A program made the translations under genes and the position numbers. The notes beneath the pieces were generated by a model. It worked only from the letters and a program-made list of their open reading frames with translations, did no database searches and was not told where the DNA came from. Source: Candidatus Kuenenia stuttgartensis (GTDB lineage: Bacteria; Planctomycetota; Brocadiia; Brocadiales; Brocadiaceae). Taken from it: DNA of 32,000 nt. The stretch lies in NCBI RefSeq assembly GCF_900232105.1, contig NZ_LT934425.1, positions 3,210,001 to 3,242,000 of the forward strand, given 5' to 3'. This document shows, one piece after another, positions 26,745 through 32,000 of this stretch (the first letter of the stretch is position 1; each line of letters starts with the position of its first letter).

Positions 26745-27836
26745 GTGTCTGACCATCCAAAAAATGATATGAATGAGGAGTATTGTGAAAATATAAACGA
26801 ATCTGAATACGTCCAGAACGATACGGAACGTCAAAACAACAATGCAGATGAGCATCACGAAATTAATCCTGATAAAAACAAACCAGTATTTGAAAAAAAG
26901 GAACAGAAGAAAGAGGTAAATAATGTATACGGAATTCCTGTAATTGATATTGACGCTTATGCGCCAATCAAGATGGCTGACAGGGTGGGACAGGTTGGAA
27001 TCGCAAAAACACAGATGAGCATGCTCACTACGCTTGTCCTGAGTATTTTGGCAGGCGTTTTTATTGCATTGGGAGCGCAGTTATCGATGCTGGTGACCCA
27101 TACTGCAACCTCAAACCTTGGCATGAATCAGTTATTGGGAGGCGTAGCCTTTACCCTTGCACTTGTGCTTATTGTCATTGCAGGAGCGGAGCTTTTTACC
27201 GGCAATTGCCTTATTGCGATGTCATATATGGCTGGCAAGATTACTGGCAGAGATCTTACCAGGAATTTGATTATTGCGTTTATTGGCAATTTTATTGGGG
27301 CGTTAACGCTCGTATTGTGGATATATAATTCCGGGCAATGGACATTTAGCAATTATCTCCTGGGAGCAAAGATTGTGCTTGCAGCAAACGAAAAGGTAAA
27401 CCTGCCATTTAGCGTCGCTTTTTTCAGAGGCCTTCTCTGTAATATGCTGGTTTGCCTGGCTATCTGGTTATGTTACAGCGGGAGAAGCAATATGGATAAG
27501 ATACTGTCACTGTTGTGGCCCATATCCTGCCTTATCGCCTGCGGATTTGAACATTGTGTGGTGAATATGTGGCTTATACCTATGGGTATTATCCTTAAGG
27601 GAAATAGCTCAGTCCTGGCCGCCATAATGAAGGTTCAGGGCAGAGTGGACTTTTCAAACCTTACTTTTTTTAAAGGATTTATGATTGACAATCTGATTCC
27701 GGTGGTTTTAGGAAATTTGATGGGAGGTATGGTCCTGGTTGCAGGGATGTACTGGTATATTTATTTGCGTCTGACGTCAAAAAAAGAAAACAGAATTAGT
27801 TTAAAACGTATTATGGAGTATATTTTAAAAACCTAA
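26745..27836 (+). CDS. FocA/NirC-family formate/nitrite channel with ~65-aa acidic N-terminal extension
   Basis: GTG start after GAGGAGG (26732-26738). FNT hallmarks are GAELFTGN, NFIGAL and GFEHCVVNM. No alternative in-frame start lies closer to the conserved core. Confidence 0.85.
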   Translation: MSDHPKNDMNEEYCENINESEYVQNDTERQNNNADEHHEINPDKNKPVFEKKEQKKEVNNVYGIPVIDIDAYAPIKMADRVGQVGIAKTQMSMLTTLVLSILAGVFIALGAQLSMLVTHTATSNLGMNQLLGGVAFTLALVLIVIAGAELFTGNCLIAMSYMAGKITGRDLTRNLIIAFIGNFIGALTLVLWIYNSGQWTFSNYLLGAKIVLAANEKVNLPFSVAFFRGLLCNMLVCLAIWLCYSGRSNMDKILSLLWPISCLIACGFEHCVVNMWLIPMGIILKGNSSVLAAIMKVQGRVDFSNLTFFKGFMIDNLIPVVLGNLMGGMVLVAGMYWYIYLRLTSKKENRISLKRIMEYILKT

Positions 27837-27918
27837 ATATTAGGAATTTCAAAGTTGCAGGGCAAAGCGGCACTTCGCTCTCCATCGAAAAAGTCGCTGA
27901 AGGCCTAACTCTATTCTC

Positions 27919-27942
27919 GTTCCAAAGTTCCGACTTGGGAAC
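27919..27942. repeat. gttccaaagt/acttgggaac palindrome (REP-like family)
   Basis: gttccaaagt-tccg-acttgggaac. The same family occurs at 13174-13200 and as the arms at 28072/28163. Confidence 0.5.
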
Positions 27943-28071
27943 GCACGTACCCTGGAAGCTCCTGCTTCCATTTAATAAGAAATATTGGGGTCAAAAGACG
28001 CTTTCAAATATTTTTCAACTGGGTCCCATTCTTTTTTTATATTCGAAGCCGGAGTTTCTAAACCTATCCCG

Positions 28072-28184
28072 TTCCCAAGCCGGACAGACTGGGTCAAATG
28101 AACTTTTTTGCCTACAAAGTGGGGAGTTATACCCACAAAATAAAGCAGAATTGTCCATTTGGCCCAGTCTGCGGAGCTTGGGAA
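28072..28184. repeat. ~113-bp inverted-repeat (MITE-like) unit
   Basis: ttcccaagccggacagactggg (28072-28093) against cccagtctgcggagcttgggaa (28163-28184). 18 of 22 positions are complementary, and the mismatches are confined to the central 4 nt. Confidence 0.45.
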
Positions 28185-28192
28185 TGAGAGGA

Positions 28193-28230
28193 AAAACGTA
28201 TTATGGATTATATTTTAAAAACTTAAATAT
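28193..28230 (+). repeat. Duplicate of the 3' end of the first FocA gene
   Basis: aaaacgtattatggattatattttaaaaacttaaatat against 27803-27840 aaaacgtattatggagtatattttaaaaacctaaatat. 36 of 38 positions are identical. It would encode KRIMDYILKT*. Confidence 0.75.
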
Positions 28231-28233
28231 ATT

Positions 28234-28300
28234 AGATTTACGATTTGGGATTTTAAATCGTACCTCGTACTTCATGCTTTGTAACGATCCGATTTCCGGT
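28234..28300 (+). repeat. Heptamer array (cgattt/cgtactt type)
   Basis: agattta cgatttg ggatttt aaatcgt acctcgt acttcat gctttgt aacgatc cgatttc. Confidence 0.6.
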
Positions 28301-28386
28301 AGGCGATGCCTACCCTACATGTTTATTTCAGATATTTAAGCAAAAGATTATGTTAATTACCCGATAGTTAAGAAAGGAGGCAAAAG

Positions 28387-29301
28387 GTGACGGAAAGTAA
28401 AATTGCAAAACATGTTAAATTAATAGATATTGACGCCTATTCGCCGCCGCAAATTGCGGACAAAATTGACAAGATTGCTTTGGTAAAAGCAAAATTGGGT
28501 ATCACCCAGACTTTTGCCCTGGGGGTTCTGGCCGGGCTTTATATCGGAATTGGTGCGCAATTCGCTACTTTAGTAATAAGCGATTCGACTTTACATTTTG
28601 GCATTAATTCATTAATTGCAGGGGTAGTGTTTTCTTTGGGTCTCATGCTTGTTGTTGTTGGAGGTGCAGAGCTCTTTACCGGCAACTGCCTTATTATTAT
28701 GGGGTATGTCAGCAAGAGGGTAACTACGATGGAAGTGGCCAATAACTGGACAGTATCCTTTTCCGGCAATTTTGTGGGGAGTTTATTGATGGTATTCCTG
28801 ATGTACAATACCCATCAATGGGAATTGTTTAACCATATGGTTGGTGCAAAGGCCTTGCTTATAGCAAATACAAAGGTGAATTTGTCTTTTAAATTTGCAT
28901 TGGCGCGGGGTGTACTTTGCAATGCTATGGTATGCCTTGCTGTCTGGCTCTGCTTTAGCGGGCGGAGTTCTGCCGATAAGATATTATCGATTCTCTTTCC
29001 CATAGGGGGTTTTGTTGCCAGCGGTTTTGAACACTGTGTTGCAAATATGTATTTTATCCCGATAGGTATTTTCTTGTCAAAGCAACCGGAAGTTGTTGTT
29101 GCTGCTGAAAAGATGGCGGGAAAGCCCATAGACCTTTCACTTTTAACATGGAAAGGATTTTTTGTGAATAACCTTGTTCCGGTTACCCTTGGGAATATTG
29201 TGGGCGGGGTTATTCTAGTGGGTATCGTGTTTTGGTTTGTTTATCTGCGTCCTGTTATCAAAATAAATTTTAATGTCAAACAGGATTTTTTCGACAAATA
29301 G
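28387..29301 (+). CDS. FocA/NirC-family formate/nitrite channel (second paralogue)
   Basis: GTG start 6 nt after AAGGAGG (28374-28380). Same FNT motifs (GAELFTGN, GFEHCVANM). It is colinear with the core of the first copy. Confidence 0.85.
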   Translation: MTESKIAKHVKLIDIDAYSPPQIADKIDKIALVKAKLGITQTFALGVLAGLYIGIGAQFATLVISDSTLHFGINSLIAGVVFSLGLMLVVVGGAELFTGNCLIIMGYVSKRVTTMEVANNWTVSFSGNFVGSLLMVFLMYNTHQWELFNHMVGAKALLIANTKVNLSFKFALARGVLCNAMVCLAVWLCFSGRSSADKILSILFPIGGFVASGFEHCVANMYFIPIGIFLSKQPEVVVAAEKMAGKPIDLSLLTWKGFFVNNLVPVTLGNIVGGVILVGIVFWFVYLRPVIKINFNVKQDFFDK

Positions 29302-29490
29302 AAGCGCTTCAAAAGATACCATTTTGTCTAAGATTTCCTTTGATTATCTTTTATAGTCATATAGAATACTTGTCTGTTGGAAAATGGTGGAGGAGCTTTT
29401 ATCGATCAAAAATTGTAATGGTTCCCATGATGTGTAGAACAACCCCTCAATTCCTATAAGCGCTAAGTTGTTTTTGATATTTTTTTACAG

Positions 29491-29637
29491 GTAGTCCAAA
29501 TCGAAGTCGGCAGTCTACAGTCAGCAATCGGCAGTCTGCAATCTACCGTCGGCAAATTGCAGACCGTGGACTGTGGATTGCAGACTGAACAGTCGGCCGT
29601 CAAATATCGAACAAGGAATATGGAATAATTGAGAGAA
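29491..29637 (+). repeat. Longest heptanucleotide tandem array (~21 units)
   Basis: gtagtcc aaatcga agtcggc agtctac agtcagc aatcggc agtctgc aatctac cgtcggc aaattgc agaccgt ggactgt ggattgc agactga acagtcg gccgtca aatatcg aacaagg aatatgg aataatt gagagaa. Confidence 0.8.
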
Positions 29638-29715
29638 TTAACTTGTAATCGGAATGAACTGTTACTAGAAATTTAGTTTTACCTATCATAATTTTGAAGA
29701 AAAGGGAAATTCATT

Positions 29716-30861
29716 ATGAAATTGTGCCTGAATCATTTTTACACCGGCATTGTAATTGTCCTTTTATTAACAGGAATTAATTTTGGTTGTGCGACGCAGA
29801 AAAGATCGTTGCTTATTCCGGAAGAATCCGGCAGCGGCCTGGTGGAAATCAAAGACCCAAGGCAATTTCCTTATTTCAGGGACGATTATGATAAAAACTC
29901 TCTTTTACTGTCGATAGACCATAGCCTCAGGTATTTTGCCATGTCAAAATCCAATAAATATGGATTTCGTATGAAGGATTTTTCTCATGAAAAACTGAAG
30001 GAAACCCTGGAATATTTTCGCGATGGTGTTGTACATTGTAACAATGACGCAGAACTTAATGCGTTTATAGCGGAACATTTCAGAGTCTTTCAGGCGGTTG
30101 GCAAGAAATTTTACGGGGAAGTGCACTATACTGGCTATGGGACGCCGATTTATCAAGGGAGCCTTACCGCGGATAGTGAATTTAAATACCCTCTTTACAA
30201 AAAACCTGCTGATTTCAGAAAACCCTACTTTAAAAGAAAAGAGATTCAGGAAAATAATCTCTTGAAAGGAAATGAGATTGTCTATCTTAAATCGAAATTG
30301 GACGCCTACCTTATCCATGTTCAGGGATCAGCGCAAATTGATCTTATATCGGGCAATAAGCTTTATATAGGATATGCTGCGGATTCCGGACATGAATACA
30401 CCAGTATCGGCCAGCAGTTGATTTTGGATGGAAAAATACCTGAAGAAGAACTAACGCTATCTGAACTCATAAGCTACTTCGACCGGCATCCCGACGAGCT
30501 GGATTTTTATATTAATAAAAATGACCGTTTTATTTTCTTTGAAGTGGTAAATCATGCAGTGCCTCATGGGTGTATTGGCGTGCCTGTTACCCCGATGAGG
30601 AGTATTGCTACGGATAAGAAACTGTTTCCTGCCGGCGGTTTGGCATTTGTAGTCTTAGAATCGAGGACGGCAAAAAAAACAGGCTGGTTTACTAAAAAAA
30701 ATGTGGTGGAAAAGCTTTTTTTTGTGTCGGACCAAGACACGGGAAGCGCCATACAGACTGCTGCCCGGGCGGATATTTATTTTGGAATCGGGGAGCGGGC
30801 AATGTCGGATGCGGGTAGTTTGAATACCTATGGAAGGCTTTATTATTTATTAAAACGTTGA
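29716..30861 (+). CDS. mltA: Membrane-bound lytic murein transglycosylase A (lipoprotein)
   Basis: Lipobox-like LLTGINFGC. MltA-specific and 3D-domain features are present, including SDQDTGSAIQTAARADIYFGIGERAMSDAGSLNTYGRLYYLL. Confidence 0.85.
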   Translation: MKLCLNHFYTGIVIVLLLTGINFGCATQKRSLLIPEESGSGLVEIKDPRQFPYFRDDYDKNSLLLSIDHSLRYFAMSKSNKYGFRMKDFSHEKLKETLEYFRDGVVHCNNDAELNAFIAEHFRVFQAVGKKFYGEVHYTGYGTPIYQGSLTADSEFKYPLYKKPADFRKPYFKRKEIQENNLLKGNEIVYLKSKLDAYLIHVQGSAQIDLISGNKLYIGYAADSGHEYTSIGQQLILDGKIPEEELTLSELISYFDRHPDELDFYINKNDRFIFFEVVNHAVPHGCIGVPVTPMRSIATDKKLFPAGGLAFVVLESRTAKKTGWFTKKNVVEKLFFVSDQDTGSAIQTAARADIYFGIGERAMSDAGSLNTYGRLYYLLKR

Positions 30862-30982
30862 GTTCTTTTTAATCCTTGCTAGTTATTTTTTGCAAAAAAT
30901 CGGGAATACTCTCATTTATCATGGCAAAATGTTTGCTCTGCAATAAGCTTTTAGGGACTTGAAATACTCTATTGTACCGTAG

Positions 30983-31052
30983 CAATCGGCAATCGGCAGT
31001 CGATAGTCGGCAATCTACAGTCGGCAAATTGCCGATTGCCAATTGAGGAATC
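30983..31052 (+). repeat. Heptanucleotide tandem array, AATCGGC type
   Basis: aatcggc aatcggc agtcgat agtcggc aatctac agtcggc aaattgc cgattgc caattga ggaatct. The centre is palindromic around tcggcaaattgccga. Confidence 0.75.
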
Positions 31053-31122
31053 TGGTAGAAATGACAGTTACAGGTATATTAAATTCTTCTATGTCCCTTC
31101 TTAGTGCTACAAATGAATGTCC

Positions 31123-31151
31123 TTGACAACCTTTAACCAGTGTGTTAACAT
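31123..31151 (+). promoter_or_regulatory. Possible sigma70-type promoter for the GcvH-like gene
   Basis: TTGACA (31123-31128), a 17-nt spacer, then TAACAT (31146-31151). Confidence 0.3.
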
Positions 31152-31183
31152 TTTGCCTGTGCCTTGGCGAGTTATAATTTATT

Positions 31184-31639
31184 GTGAGGTATGGTTTTAT
31201 GGAAATTCCTGAACGGTATAAATATTCTGTGGATCATGGATGGTTTTTTGATAACAAAAAATCGATTACCTTTGGTCTCACAGATTTTTTTATTAAAGAT
31301 TTGGGCAAGCTTTTGTTTTTAGACCTTCCGCGATCAGGAGATGAAATTCTCTCCGGGATATCTTTTGGGGAAATAGAATCCCTGGATAATCTGATAGATA
31401 TTATACTCCCTATAAATGCTGAAGTAGTTGCTGTTAACGAGCGTTTATACGAAGATTTGGAAATATTGAGCAATGATCCTTACGTCCGTGGCTGGTTGAT
31501 AAAGTTTAGGATAGAAGATGTTAATATTTTTGATGAGTTGTTAAATGCACGGGAATATGCCGAATGTATTCGTAAGTATAAGGGATTTTCCAAACAAAGA
31601 CTCCAAAGAAAAATTAAGGAAAAGAAGAGTAAAAAATAA
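31184..31639 (+). CDS. Glycine-cleavage H-protein-like protein lacking the lipoyl-lysine
   Basis: It aligns by eye to E. coli GcvH (YSVDHGWF.. / FGEIESLDNLIDIILPINAEVVAVN against [24 protein letters not shown]). The lipoylated K position is D. A Lys-rich tail is present. The more likely start is ATG 31199 (MEIPERYKY). Confidence 0.7.
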   Translation: MRYGFMEIPERYKYSVDHGWFFDNKKSITFGLTDFFIKDLGKLLFLDLPRSGDEILSGISFGEIESLDNLIDIILPINAEVVAVNERLYEDLEILSNDPYVRGWLIKFRIEDVNIFDELLNAREYAECIRKYKGFSKQRLQRKIKEKKSKK

Positions 31640-31647
31640 CCTTCCCA

Positions 31648-32000
31648 ATGATTTCAACATCGAAACGCCGTCTTGTTATTCTAACAGAGGGAAAACTTGA
31701 TATCCATAGTGCAAAGACTGCCGTCAGCATTGTTCGTTATTGCAAAGACGAAGTCGTTGCCATAATAGATCTCTATAATGCCGGAAAAGATCTTGAGGCA
31801 ATCATTGGGATAGGAAAAGACATCCCGATTTTTAGTACGGTTAAGGAAACATTGCACCTCAAACCTGATTCACTCCTTATTGGAATTGCTCCTTTGGGTG
31901 GAGTATTGCCCATTGAATGGCAGATACACATCAGAGATGCCCTGCAGAATAAACTCAATGTTATCAGCGGGCTTCATACCTATATCAGTGATGACCTTGA
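31648..32000 (+). CDS. DUF1611-family protein (DgcN-like), N-terminal part; continues beyond window
   Basis: Translation: MISTSKRRLVILTEGKLDIHSAKTAVSIVRYCKDEVVAIIDLYNAGKDLEAIIGIGKDIPIF...LLIGIAPLGGVLPIEWQIHIRDALQNKLNVISGLH. This matches the DUF1611 N-terminal pattern I recall. The frame is open to the window end. Confidence 0.65.
   Translation, partial: MISTSKRRLVILTEGKLDIHSAKTAVSIVRYCKDEVVAIIDLYNAGKDLEAIIGIGKDIPIFSTVKETLHLKPDSLLIGIAPLGGVLPIEWQIHIRDALQNKLNVISGLHTYISDDL

Noticed and set aside
29491-29637. Repeat arrays as possible CRISPR loci
   Set aside because: The units are 7 nt and contiguous with no spacers. No 25-40-nt direct repeats separated by unique spacers, and no cas genes, are present anywhere in the window.

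Overview
The window is AT-rich, gene-dense bacterial chromosome. I recognise no rRNA, tRNA or CRISPR array. All calls come from reading the ORF translations and the DNA by eye, with no searches run.

Gene content, left to right:
- A chemotaxis cluster: mcp (3' part), cheD, cheC-like, cheY, cheR, cheB.
- A convergent cbiA.
- A minus-strand trio of exported proteins that looks metal-related, possibly copper: a Cys-rich small protein, a YcnI-like protein and a Met-rich beta-barrel.
- Two bactofilins, one fused to zinc ribbons.
- A CDF-like membrane protein and a hicB-like pseudogene.
- A sigma54-type two-component pair.
- A co-directional trio: a secreted beta-propeller, a Tat-signal DUF362 protein and a fused NapH/NapG-like polyferredoxin.
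- A peptidoglycan amidase behind a long structured leader that resembles a c-di-GMP-I riboswitch.
- A visibly GC-richer single-gene island encoding a 518-aa protein of unknown function.
- A GxxExxY protein, an orphan GlcF-like Fe-S protein, two tandem FocA/NirC channels, mltA, a GcvH-like protein lacking the lipoyl lysine, and the start of a DUF1611 gene.

Almost every intergenic region carries imperfect heptanucleotide tandem arrays and shared mosaic repeat modules.

The taxon cannot be determined from this window. The gene content is compatible with an anaerobic Planctomycetota-like or anammox-like genome, but that is only an impression.
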